DNA of 64,000 nucleotides from Raillietiella orientalis. Taxonomy: Eukaryota. Under the pieces are notes generated by a model. The model had not been told where the DNA came from, made no database searches, and saw only the letters and a program-made list of their open reading frames with translations. How positions within the stretch are numbered: position 1 is the stretch's first letter; each line of letters begins with the position of its first letter. Both the position numbers and the translations under genes were made by a program. This document shows, piece by piece, positions 24,601 to 37,517 of this stretch. Location of the stretch: contig JAYWIR010000011.1 in NCBI GenBank assembly GCA_036172245.1, positions 682,001-746,000 of the forward strand, read 5' to 3'.

Positions 24601-27600
24601 GGACGGCAACACAGCGTTGCAGCGGCCAAACACGATGGGGCTTGGGGCTGGAAAGGAGGAGGGAGGGAGCAAACTAACGCTGCAGCCTCCGTTTGAAGTG
24701 GCAGAGGAGCAGACGACAGTCCAGAGCTGAAGTCACACAAAAAGATCGCGTCCCCCTCTGAGGAACTTCCCTCGGTGGAAACCCAGCGCTCGGTGAACGG
24801 GCCACCAGCAACATTTGCAACATGTTCTGTATCCCGGATCACGTGAGCGCGCGCGTTTCAAAGCAACAGCACCCTTCCTCCCCCTTCCGCCGCATCTTGA
24901 ACGAAAGCTAGGAATACCATGGCTGGTTTCAAGGGAGAAAAAGGGAGGGGGGGGGAAGTCTGGAAACTGTTCCTGACCGCGAGCTGCTTTGACATTTTTT
25001 TTTTTCATATTCCCTGCTGGCTGCTTTCTTAGCGATAGGGAAAACTAGCAACGCAGGGAGAGCGTTCGCGAGAAGCAGCGTCGACAGGACCTGAAGGTAT
25101 TAGAGAAGAAAGCATGCAAAGATAACACCGGGAAGAAGAATCTTCATGAACTGAAGATCGTCCAATCGGAAAGGATTGGTGTAAAGTTAATGACAGAATA
25201 GTGGAAATGACCGGTAGAAAACAGTACCCTTTTAGAGGTCGCGGCTGTGGATCTTGTCCCTGTCGTAGCAGAGAATATGAGGCTACATCCTTAGTGAACA
25301 CTTGAAAATCTCCAGAACTTGCATCTCGATGGTTTCAATCGTAGCACCACGTGGACGCGTGCACGCTCACTTGGTGCTTACGCAGACTCTCCATCATGGG
25401 AAGCACCTTTTTCTCCTTTAGATTACTGCATACGCAAGTTACCAATAAGAAGAGCAAGCAAGCAAACAAAAATGCCAGAACTGCCCACAGAAACTGCGAT
25501 TCGTATCAAGTGTCTCAAGACGCATGCATTTCTGTGGCAGTCCTGGAAACAACCAAAGGAAGGCTTCTCGAAATCATGTTGTGCCAGCAGGGTCCTCTCC
25601 TACACGATAAGAGCTGCAGAGAACCGCACGATACGAAAGTTAAGGAAGCTGCCCACAAGAAGCGGGCTCGCGAGCACTCTGCACCGTCATTTTGCCCGCG
25701 CCATCTCACCACGCCCCGAGGAGCTGATAAAGCAAACTGGATTCCTTCAGCACGACTGATAACGGGTGCTCACTCTCTGAGACGCAATTCGCTTTTTTGT
25801 TGCGTCCTTGTCAACAAATCTTTCAGGCGTGCGATGCACTTGAGGGTCACGAAGGCGAGGGAATGTCGCTCGGCCTATCCACTGGTCAGGTGAGAATGAC
25901 AAACTGGGAAGCTCTGCACGGTTGCAGACTGCAAGGAACAAAGGATGCTGTGAGTGAAGCGGTCCTAGGATGGGACTGCGACTGCACAAGAGGACACGAC
26001 ACGACTGCTCCAAATGCAGAACCTTCCTACAGGAAACCTCTAGTAGCAAACGAACAAAAGCTGTGCATCGACTTTTCGGGAACCGAATCCTGTGAAACGG
26101 AGTATATCGGTGGTGGCTATCGGTGGCTGACAGCCGCAGTGTAGATGCTGCTACTGAGCAACTGAGCAAGTAGGCTGCACGAAATACACGTACACTGCTG
26201 TCGACACGACAATGACGCCATGCAGAGGGCAGTGGCAATGACGGGGAGCGGACACTTTCAACGCCGCAATCAACCGAAAATCTTCTTTGACCCAACACGT
26301 CGCAAGCATTCGAAATCGCCTGCATTGACACTAACCTCAAACAAAATCAAATCAAAACGACTCCCACGTAGACTATTAATCACGTAATGAGGACCCCGCA
26401 GCCAGCAAACCTACGGAACTGTAACTTGTGGAGATACATCACTTAAAGTGTCTTCGAAAGCATATAAGCAGCAGCGCATCACATCCGGACCGAAAATCTT
26501 TTTCCGATCATGACGAGCGGACATGCACAAGGGATGAGCACCTTCCTTGTGCACAACGTTTCGTGTTAATCATACCACTTATTGGTAATCAAGAAAAGAA
26601 AAGAATGAACACCAAGAAAACGAATCCGCAGACCAGCTGCATTCCTTTCCATTACGAAGACACGACCCAGAGGCGAGCCGAAATTCTCGAATCTTTCACC
26701 AGCGAAGAATCAAAAATGACTGCAGAAGAAAACAATCCTATACAGCTTAATTTAAGAAAAATAAGAATTCTGCCAGAGCAAATTCCATACTTTCGCCGTG
26801 TAGATACAGAAATCGCCTTAAACTACCATAACAGCAACCGACTGCATTCGAAAATCATCTGCACGAGGAAAATTGTTTTGGTGGAACCAACAACTTGGGA
26901 ACACCAAAGTAGACTCTCTAAACAGAAGCAGCAGCTTTGTTCGGATGGCAAAGGACCGTGCCATTTGGTTTTCAGGACCTCTATATTACGGAGAGGAAAC
27001 GCCAAGTTTCCATTAAGAGGGGGGAATGAAAAGGAAAGAAACACAGATGAATAGACATAACGGAGGTGAGATCATGGATTCCCGTCAACAGAATTGTTCA
27101 CTGCTCTTCTGTCTCAACGCTGTTCCCACACGACCATAGAAGAAGGAGAAAAAACAACAACATTCTCCACTCTAAGCTCATGGTTTCAATACAACTTGAC
27201 AACAGCGACAAGGATTCAAAACACTATTCCATGATGAAAACGCAAACCGGAAGCAATATTGCATCCGAATTCCGAACCTCCCACTGAAGCGCTGAAGTAC
27301 CTACCTATCTACAAGGGAGAAACGAAATGCCCAACGGCTGGTACTCCGATTCTCGATGTGGCAAGGGAAACAAAGAATAGTAAAAAAAAATGAGATAAGC
27401 TTCTCTTTGTAGTTACAAGTTTTCACTGATATGTAGCGTACTGGTCCATTACAACTAAAGCTATGCCGGAAACAAAGTCGATCAATGAACTTTTTTTTTT
27501 TTTTTTTTTTTTTTTACAAACACATAACATAAAAGGTTCCATACGTCCGATATCACCTAGGCTACTAGTATTACCTAAGTGTCTATCGAAGCATCCATAC

Positions 27601-30600
27601 CGGTGCAAACATCGCTGGAGCCGCTGGAGCTGATTAGTGCGGAAAACGAATTGCTCATCCAATGAGCTCGGCCATAAAGAGTGCATGCCGCACGAATTTC
27701 CCATTTCCTGGAGCTCATTAAAAGTTTCACTTCAACATGAGTACAGCCTCCGGAAGACCCACACTGATGGCAGGCATTTCAGTATTATACCAGACTAGCT
27801 CCACACTTGCGCAGATGACATGTAAATCGTGGATTGCGACAGAGTAGCTGAAGACTGCCGGCAGTCTTCAGCTACTCTGCCGCAAAAACCGGAAAATCGT
27901 ACACTTCAATGTGTTGATAGCTCATGACATTTACTGCGACGAAACAAAGCATAAAGGCAGCACATTCGCTGAGATCGGGTGACAGTATGATTTACACACT
28001 CAAAGAGTTAAACAAAAAAAAGAAAAACAAAACCAACCTCCGGACGAAATTAACCAAGATTTTTCAAAAAGATACAGGTTGCAAGAATTTGCATAATTAC
28101 CGATCGATCGACACGTGGAAAAACAAAACACGGAATAACTTAACCAGAAATCTGTGGTTACAAGGTGAACTCACACCCTATCAGAACACGAATAATCAAC
28201 TTCTGAAAACAGAGAATGAACCTGCAAACTTACCTCGGCAAGTAACCATCCATCTCGACCCAGCAGCCACCCACTGGGATGAACCTTTTCTGTTTTGCAA
28301 GCTGCTGTATCTTGCAGAACAGACTGGGATAGTACTTTTTGACCCATGAAAGCTGCTGGGCCTGGAGGGGGGGGGGGGGGAAAAACACGTACACGATGGG
28401 AACCGGTGGATCCTATTACCTGAGAAACAACAAATTTGAAATCTTCGTACGTTTCCATCAACCGGACAACCGTACTCCAGCTACGTGCACATTTTCGAAT
28501 CGTCTCGCTGAAAGGCCACAACCAGGCGCAATCGATGTGGCAATGTCCAAACATTGAAAACGTAAGTGCAGAATGCCCATTCTTCAGCTTGAAGAAGTTG
28601 CTTGAAGCCAGCGCTGCCTCGCTAATTCAAATAAAGTAAATAGCAGCATAATAGTCACAATAGGGCACAAGCTAGGAAAAAAAAAAAAAAAAAAAAAAAA
28701 CACAATCACAAAGATCATTTTTAGACACCGGAAAGCTGTGTAGGAGAAAAAAATTTTGAAAAGAGAGAAAAAAAACATCCACCTGCACTTTGCGAAAGAA
28801 CGAGGCCACAACAGCTATTGGAGGATTTTTGGAGGATTATCTGCGAATGCTGCATTAAACAAAGTAAAGTACCTTGGTACAAACACAGTACACAACTTCC
28901 TTGGGTCACAAGTAATGCTGCTTTATTACAAATTAAAGTCGCTTTCGAAAGTGCCCAGCACTAATTCTGAGTTTTGGGAGAAGGCATCCTAGAATTTGCA
29001 AATGAATTCACGATCCATTCCTGATAGATGCGGCAACCTCTATCATAGAGTTCCTTTCGAGCAAGATTTCCCTCTGAGAACGGATCACTCAGAGGGGCTT
29101 TTAAAAAAGGATGAACCAACTGTACAGTTCGACGAAAGCAAGGAGCAGCATGGAGATGGGACCTTGGGAACCAAAGTTCACTGAAAAATGCGCTGAAGAA
29201 GAACTCCTATCTGAAGAAACACCGAAACACACAATCACACGAATCCCATAGCAGTTGACCCATGGAGACGAACTGCGCCAAAGGGAAGGAAACCTGCGGT
29301 CTCCAATAAAGAAGGTAGAATTCTCCACGCACTATCCCCTATGGGACCTACACATAGTGCACAGCTGATCAAAACAAACGATCGAAATAAACACCTTTCG
29401 AGAGAGAGAGAGAGAAAAAAAGGGAATCACAAACATGGATTCCCATACAAAAGTGCTACGGAGAGCCCAACACATATCGGAAACCAGAGAACAGATACTT
29501 GCTCCCGTGTCAACCGGAAAACTATGAAAAGTGACCAACGTTTCTTTTTTAATTGCCAGATCGAAATATTCAAAAGAAAAAATTCCACATTTTCTCGAAC
29601 ATGACGGAATAAAACGGTATATGTGAACGAGAAGGCGGACGACGCTCTCGCGAAAGGGGGGAAAAAACAAAGAAGACTGCTGATGAGGATCCGAAGCCTT
29701 TGTACACCAAATCCGGTCTTCCATTTCGAGTGCTTGTGTGGCAAATTTGTGGCTTGTTTCTGTCAATTTACCACGTGGAGCAGCCAAAACTGGGCAAACT
29801 TCCGATGCGATGAGGCTTTGAACGAGACTACAGAAGAGGTCATAACGAAGCCTGTGCTGTTGCACAAACAGAACAAATTCACCACAAGTTAGTTTTGACT
29901 GTTTTTCTCTTTGATCGTATTTCGGATAGTTTTTTTGGCTACAGTGTACGTCCACAGTAATCAACAGAAACGGGTAGCAAATGTTCAAATGCAACCGGAT
30001 GAGACCAAACCCTTTTATGGAATCCTTCGGATGCATGCAATTGAATTGGGAGGCCTTTTAATCACAACAGCAAATACGGACTTGAAATTAAAGTAACAAG
30101 AAGCCTGCACTGATCATTTTTGCCGACAGTCTTTTAAATGTAACTCAAACAACTGGCGACACTGAATTAAACATGAAATCTTGGCACACTTCCGATTACA
30201 AAGACAAATACGTACTCGAGTTTACCCTCTTGTATTTTATTTACTACATGATTTGCTACATGGAGAGCTTCAAAAGTTCTTGCACAAGAGTCTGGAAAAA
30301 ACTTTGCAATCTCCAACAACAACTGCAGATCGATGTACAAGTGGTACATGGGCAGGTCTACCAAACGGATTTCCACATTTTTCAATTCAAAAAGCAGTGC
30401 TTCATCAGGAGGGTCTAAAAAAGAACAATTTGAAAAGTTTTCCGATTTCATGAATAAACGAAAGTGTATTAAAGTGTACTCTTCCGTTTGCTAATTCCTT
30501 GCAAAACACAAAAGATCTCGGATCACACGGCACACTCACGGCAGCAGACGGTAATTGGCAATTCGAATCTTCATATTTGAGAATGTCTCGTGCTTTTTTT

Positions 30601-33600
30601 TTTTGAAAATTATATCATTTCAAATAGAACTGATTCCTTATTCGATAGCAAATCAGTTATTTTTCACGTTCCTGAAAATCGATCGGCCCTTCTTAAAAAC
30701 GATACAATTTCTAACGAAAAATTTATAGAAACGAGGTGGAGGGGGGGAAAAGCACCGAAAGTGTGTACTTTGCAAAGCCGAAGGCAATTCTTCGAGAATC
30801 CAACAGGTCTTTAAAAAATTAGGAAACCACTGAGGAGTTTAATAGAACCGATTTCTATCTTAAACATATAAATAAATTTACATCAAGCTGTTCACCAATT
30901 CCAAAACATACAGGGTTTTCAAATCAATAAATATTAACCAAACTAAATTTAGAAAACAAAAAAAATACATACCAATGAGTGAGTCTTTTCCATTTGAAAT
31001 CATTTTATTACATGCCATTTCTATGTAATACGTATAATATTTATCAAAGGCACCAGAATCTTTAATTGCAAATTTGTTTTTTCCTTCGTATTCCGAGCAG
31101 AAACCCTAAAAATTCTGCATGTAATTTTTATTTTTTTTTTTGCATTTTTGATGACAAGAAGGTGAATTTGTATTTGCACAAGTATGAGTTCGTAGATAAG
31201 CAACGTGAAAAACTTGAAATAGCTTGGCCCATTTTCAAAAAAATCGTTCTCACAATCTTTGGAACCATACCACGTAATTTTTTTTGGCCTCAGAAACCAC
31301 GAAATAATGACCTACCCATTTTACTTAGACAAACAAATGAAAAAAGGATTTCAATCAATCTGCTGTGGAAGCTCTTGAATTTCAGCTTCAACAATCCAAC
31401 ACAACTCAAAAGAACTTAAATTAACCAATAATCCAGTAAGATCTCATTTAAAAGGATACCAAAAAGAAGAATTTTAGTTTATTTCAACCATAGGGAACAT
31501 CTTGTGACCAGAAGTTGCCAGTGTAACAAATCCATGGAAACTTTTGTGCAAAAAGATAAACAATAACTGGATTCAGCAAACTGCACAATGCATAGCCAAT
31601 GAACATTAACCACAGATACACTAGGCATACTTTGACCATAGATGCACAAAACATACGTTTTTCTCATTTTTCGAAATATGAAAACACTCAGTTTCATGTT
31701 TTTGATTTACATGTTGTGAAAATACATACAAATCTAAACATGGAGAATGCTTTGTTCTCACTTTCACTTTTTAAGGCCCTTTGAATATTTCAGCACATTT
31801 CTGAGTATGAATTTTGGAATTTTCATTTTGCATTGAACTATAAGGGTAGACTTTGATTTTAAAAACACTTTAGAAATGTCATGGCTAGAAAAACAATGCT
31901 ACTTTTTTCATTTCACAACATTTGAAGACAAAGAATGGATTCCAGAAAACATTCTTTATGCAGGGCTACACAAACTGAGATTGCTCACTCAACATAATCC
32001 TTCATTCAATAAGTAATTTAAGTTTGTCATTAGAAAATTCTTGGAACATAGGGAAGAAAATAAGTTAAAATATATAATAAAAATTAAAAACGATACTAAA
32101 ATAATACTAATTGAAAATTAAATGATCTAAAGATTGAGTGGTAGTCCTTCAAAAAAAGTTGCAAAATTAATGTGTTAAAAAAAAATCTAATTGACATTTG
32201 GATATCACTTAAACCATACATCTTTCACTTCTACACTTATGATAAAAATCAAAAACTCATATTAGTGCCTTTCAAGGCAGAAGAGATACCATTCTCTGAG
32301 AAAAGTTTGGGGAATTTTTTGAAATTGATATCAAACTGTAATCCAAGATCACCCTAAAAACACTTCTTTTTATTGTATTTTGGTTGCCAAATGAAAACTG
32401 ATCAGATTCTCCAAAAAATACAAACTAATGCAACTGACTAAAATCAGCACAATACAAAGTCTAAACCTATACAACAAATCTAAACCTATGTAAAAAACAA
32501 TTTTATTATTATTATTATTTACATCAATACCTGAATGATGTCTCCAGAACAATCAAACAGTGTCGATTCTCCATCACACTCCCAGAAAAGATATACAGCC
32601 CCAGAATTCCAGTCATGTGGGATTGTAAAATTTATCTAAAAATAAAAAAAAAATTATGCAGACATTGAGAACAAGACAGAAACATTTTTAAGGCATACAT
32701 TATAAAAGATATACATTTTTTATGTGAACACATGCATCCCCCAATTTCCAGAGCACTAATTTGCTTATTTGTCAATAGGTTTACTATAATGTCCACTTCT
32801 CATTTCATACAAGGAAAAAAAATTAATATCCATTTTCCAAATTCCTTCATGCACGCCAGCACTCAGAGAAAATAAAATATCACTTCTGAAACATTACGAT
32901 CATCTTATGCACACTAATAAGATGAAGAGTGACTTTTTGACTTTAGAAAATCCATTATTACAATACAACCTCTGACCCTGTTTCACAAAAGAAGTCTGAA
33001 AAAGTATGATATTCTGACATGTTTCATTGAAAGTAGGTGATAATTTCAAAGCAAACACAGTCTCTGCAGGAATAATCCAAGTCTCCATTAAAATTTTTTT
33101 TACTCATGCTCGCTTTTATCCACTGTTAAGTGCAAATGGTATGTAATTCTTATTTTCCATGAACAAATTTTATAAAAAAACAAATTTCCAATTTTCTTTA
33201 AATTCAACATCGTCCAATTACATGACACTTCTGTAGTCAAACTGATGAATACACTTATCTATCTTTGAACGTCTTGAAGCAATTGAACTATGTGAAAAAG
33301 GTCTTTCATCATTTCTTAGGTGTTTGCACAAAATTTTCTGATTCCCAAATCAATTTTACACTTTTAGTGCATGATAGAAAGATAAATCAAAACTGACTTC
33401 GGAAAACTGGGTACATAAGTGGATACCTTCAAATAAATTTTATCAAAAAAATACAGACTTTAGCTAAAGAAATCAAAATACAGAAAAGAGGATGTCCGAT
33501 GAATACTTTTTACATAACAATTATTCGCAGTTTTTAAGATCTTTAACCTTTTTAATTGCAATGTAATGCCAAACATGGCTTGTAGGGACAACCAGTTATT

Positions 33601-34697
33601 ACCACTGGACATTAATACAATTACGAAATCCTCCATAATTTCATAATTCCATAATTCCAAATTTAAAAAGTCTTTAGAATGCAACAACAACAGCCTTTGA
33701 AATAAACAAAATTTTCACATACGCCTTTGAAACACCATAAAATGACTGTAACTCAAATTGGAAAATTTCTCCACCACATGCTCCTAACCTAAAGAGACAA
33801 CACAGAATTATATATTGAAAGAAAAAATAAAAACACGAAAGTGAAAAGCTTTAAAAAATAGTTTTTAAATATTAATCTTTCCTCTAACCAAACCATTTGT
33901 TCAAAGTGGGAGGATATTAACCTTTTTTTCTAAAGGAATCTGCGTACATCATAACATTTTCAAACATTAGTTTCAGAGGGAACAATACCTTCTCAAATTA
34001 CGAGGCTGCAAACTCAATCCTCAACCCATACACAACAATTAAAAAAGCAACATATCACTTCAAAGTCAATGCGTTGGGAAGATTACTGAACTTCAAGGAC
34101 TATAAATTGAAAAATAATACTGCATAAATAAATAAATGAAAAACAAAAACAATGCCAGCTCATACCAAAAGCATTATCAACATTAGAAAACACAGAAAGT
34201 TAAGAGATAAAATTACAATGAGCATTACTTATTACAATACGATTTTAATTTCCAAGGCCAACTACAACATCAAAACTATAAGTTCCCCAACACATTCTTT
34301 TCCTATTGATGAACCAATAGAAAAATGGTGTATAAAGAATGCAGAGGTCTAAATAAAAAAAAGTCTCCAAACTCAAACCTTAAACCAGTGAGTCGACCAC
34401 AAGGGGCCGAACTTTCTTCCTACTGATACAGATTCAAATGTTCCGGATTTCACATCATTAAAAGAAAGCTTTTTCCAGTTATTAAAAATGCCATCAAACT
34501 TCCAATACTGTATATCTAAAAAACAAAAGTAAAACCTTAGACAAAGAAAAATTCATACCTGTAACTGGTAGTTTGTGTTTGTATAATTTTGAAGATATAT
34601 TTACATCGGTGTACTGTGATTCAGATATAAAAACACCAACCTTTCCCAAAGTGGACACTTTATTTTTGAACAGAGGCGCGCTGACCAGTTGGGCCAT
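9149..34697 (-). CDS. MAN2C1: Cytosolic alpha-mannosidase 2C1 (GH38), about 20 exons
   Basis: Phase-consistent GT-AG exons: 34697-34559, 34515-34379 ([11 protein letters not shown]), 32635-32531, 31105-30973 (YIEMACN), 30414-30216, 28621-28420 ([12 protein letters not shown]), 28361-28234 ([10 protein letters not shown]), 23305-23176 (WLPDSFG), 20833-20685, 20626-20471 (GFGDGGGGP), 18959-18842 ([15 protein letters not shown]), 18801-18689, 18641-18472 ([11 protein letters not shown]), 18415-18182, 16179-15950, ~15774-15601, 13541-13417, 13018-12843, 12763-12544 ([10 protein letters not shown]), 9296-9149 ([19 protein letters not shown]). Confidence 0.95.
27840..27879. repeat. Perfect 40-bp spacer-less palindrome in a MAN2C1 intron
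   Basis: CAGAGTAGCTGAAGACTGCC|GGCAGTCTTCAGCTACTCTG. Extends to 27834-27885 with one mismatched pair. Confidence 0.95.
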
Positions 34698-36038
34698 GGC
34701 GCAGCCCGAATGCAACCCAAAGAAACTTTCAGCACCTACAACGGAAACGTATCCACCACCACGACCACCACCTTGCAATCCTGCAGCAACCACGATCCCG
34801 ACGACGTGCACTCCACGCTGCTGCACCCGCAAACACGAACTCCCTTGCGCCGCTTCGACCTGACCTGCGGCACCGAGAGTGTTGCCAACGACGCACGTCT
34901 GGCGCGACACCCAGTCGCCACTTTCTCCGTCCAGGACGCGGAGGCTGGTCTGCGGCAAAAACCACCTGCCTGCCTGCCAGCAGCAGGAGGGACCTCGCGG
35001 CGCACGCCAGCAACACACACACGCGGGGAAGCACTCCCATCTCGCTACGCACGTGTGCATGCAAACCCACGTTGCCAACGGAACACTGTCCGCCGCCGAC
35101 ACCACCACCCTGCGCGCCCCAGGCAACAGACACTCGGATGCACCATCCGTTCACACACAACGCTCCCAACCATCGCCTCCGCTCCTTGGCAAGCTCACGC
35201 TGCTCCTCCTCTCCGACGGCGCCAGCTGTTCGCCAAACGGAACCAACGGCTGCCGCCCTTCCCGCTCCCTACCACCGCCGGACGAGCCGCCGGCAGGGCT
35301 TTCTCTGCATCCCTCCACCCACGCGACGACCTCCTCCTCCTCCTCCTCCAAAACATACGGATCACTCCCAAACGAACAGCGACGCACCAAACCAACGCCA
35401 CGTCCGAACGTGCAAACACGCAACACAAAAAAAACACTTTATTGCCACGTGCATAACACATCCGCCGGCCGCTCCCGAGAGCGCCAGCAGCTCCACCAAA
35501 TCAGCCAGCCACCACGCACAGCACCGTTTGGATCTCGAACGGAGAAAAGTCCAGCGTCACGCTTCCGTCCGAAAGGGGCACGTCGCCGACGTTCTCCTCG
35601 AAGCCGGTCGACCTGTGCACGGACACCACGTCGCATCCAAAGGAAAGCCTGAAAAGAAGTTCGCAAACTCAGTTGGGGCGCCTTCGTCCTCGCCACCGCC
35701 CAGCCGCCCGCACCGACGACGACGACTCCCGAGAGCGAACGCGCTCCTTCTCCCCTCCGATCCTCGACCACCGTCGTCGTCTTGCTGGCGCTCGCCCGCA
35801 ACGCGCCCGACGTCGCCAGCGACCTCGGGGACAGGCTTCTTCTGCCGGGCGCGCAGCAGCGTGCTCGGGAAAAACACCACAACGCACGCAAGGAAAGCAA
35901 AGCAAGAGAAAGAGGAAACGCGCACCTGCTCGTGCATGGACAGCTGCTTGGCGCATCCAACCCGTTCGTCGCCAAGCTGCATGTCCGCTTTGGGTTTCCT
36001 CTTTCGAGTGCACACGCGGAAGGAAGCTTCAGACGTTG
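34610..36038. repeat. Direct repeat copy 2 (1429 bp); GC-rich island that provides the MAN2C1 start codon and upstream region
   Basis: Near-identical to 8257-9686, with AT-rich sequence on both sides. Confidence 0.97.
35501..35648 (-). pseudogene. Orphan duplicate of the MAN2C1 last exon (with AATAAA at 35438-35443) upstream of the gene's ATG
   Basis: Identical to 9149-9296 and preceded by only ~390 bp of last intron before the homology stops at 36038. Confidence 0.9.
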
Positions 36039-36614
36039 AAGGATGAGTTACATATGCATGGGCGAAATGATTCTTGAATCTTATAATATGTATAACTATT
36101 ACTTTACCATGAAGGTGGAAGTAAAAAAGAATTTTTTCCTGCCTTCGAGTCTATGGAATAAAGTTATCTATACATTTCACGTGAATTAGTAAGGTTTTGC
36201 TAATTGTTGTGATAAATCCTCTGAGTTTCTCGAATGCTTTTAAGCTTTCTGCTTATTCTAAATAGTCTATAATTGTTTTGATCACCACTAAAGAAGGACA
36301 TTCGTTTTTGTTGCAAGAATTATATAGCATTTTTCAATAACAGCATTATTCATTAAGCTCATAACCATCGCACTCAGTTAAATACGGAAGAGAGAAAAGT
36401 TATTAGACTGCAATGCTTAGTGAGTAATTGGTTTCCCGAATTGTATTAATGACTCTCATATGATGTCAAAAAAGTATCCATACCTTTAACCATAATGAAG
36501 AGAACAATCGAAAAAAACTTTTTATAGTTGGTAACACTGCTCTATGTAAATTTAAGTTTGGTTTAGGAAGCACAAGCGCGTATAGCAAAGTTTTGTGAGT
36601 ATTAATGCAGCATA

Positions 36615-37517
36615 ATGCGGCCTAATTATTTCCTTGCAATTAAAATATCAGATGCCGATGTAAGTTTGTGTATTTAATAATAACTGAAACACAGGTAGCG
36701 CATTTCTAGATATTAAGGCACATTTTTGATTTGCAAAATCAAATTTTGTCCAGTTTTCCTGACCTGAAGAGTTGTCTCATAAATTTAGAAACATTGCACC
36801 TGACTTTAGGTGTATGTACACTGGATGATGAAGATTTAGAATTGTAAGTGCACGTGCTTTTTATGGCTATGTGGATTTTGTGTTTTTCCACATATATATA
36901 TATATATTACAGTTCTCTTAACATTATGCAAGAAGTGGAAAAACAAATCAGATGCTTCTGCAGAGAATCGTTTCGTTTAGATGTGAAAGGACTAGGAATG
37001 TTTGACAATCAGGTTAGCAGTGAGTGAACTCCACTGAATATTAGCCTTCCCATTTAAGGTATTATTTGCAAAAATAACAGAACAAGATGATAGAAATCAT
37101 ATTTACAAAATATCTGAGATATTTGAAGAGAAGATTAACAGTACTAGAAAATATAAGCCTTTTAAGCCTCATGTAACAATTCTTAAGCTGAGCAGAGATA
37201 GAAAAATCATGAGAAATTACAAAAAATCTCAAGCATTAAAGTCTTTTGTTACAGGAAGGCTACCAGATGTACTAATGGGTAGTCAGCTTGTTGAAGAAAT
37301 ACAATTATTGTCGATAAACCTGCCAAAAGAACCAAATGGTTATTACAAAAGTCTGTGTACCATAAACCTTGCAAATTGTTCGATACCAAAATATCATCTG
37401 AGTTCAGAACTTGAAGCATGTACTAAATATTTGCAACAGCGCAAAGAAGAAATTCATCTTTCAATCAAGGTCACGCTAGATACCCTTTTTAAGAGCTCCG
37501 GAATGCAAGTTTCTTAA
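36615..37517 (+). CDS. AKAP7: AKAP7-like 2H phosphoesterase (2',5'-phosphodiesterase / LigT-like fold)
   Basis: Exons 36615-36659 (MRPNYFLAIKISD), 36710-36843 (TLHLTLGV), 36913-37012 (VKGLGMFDNQ), 37059-37517 (FKPHVTILKLSR). Both HxT motifs are present. An additional upstream exon is possible, and orthology is inferred from motifs only. Confidence 0.8.

Noticed and set aside
26428..27054. 208-aa + strand ORF (also the 234-aa ORF at 29332-30036) as nested genes
   Set aside because: No recognisable domain or splice context. Treated as chance ORFs in introns.
29678..29700. CTGATGAGGATCCGAAG as a hammerhead core
   Set aside because: GAAG instead of GAAA, minimal stem II, and no stems I/III found.
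8257..36038. Direct repeats as LTRs of a giant retroelement
   Set aside because: No TG..CA termini, PBS, PPT, TSD or gag/pol seen. The repeat content is host MAN2C1 sequence.
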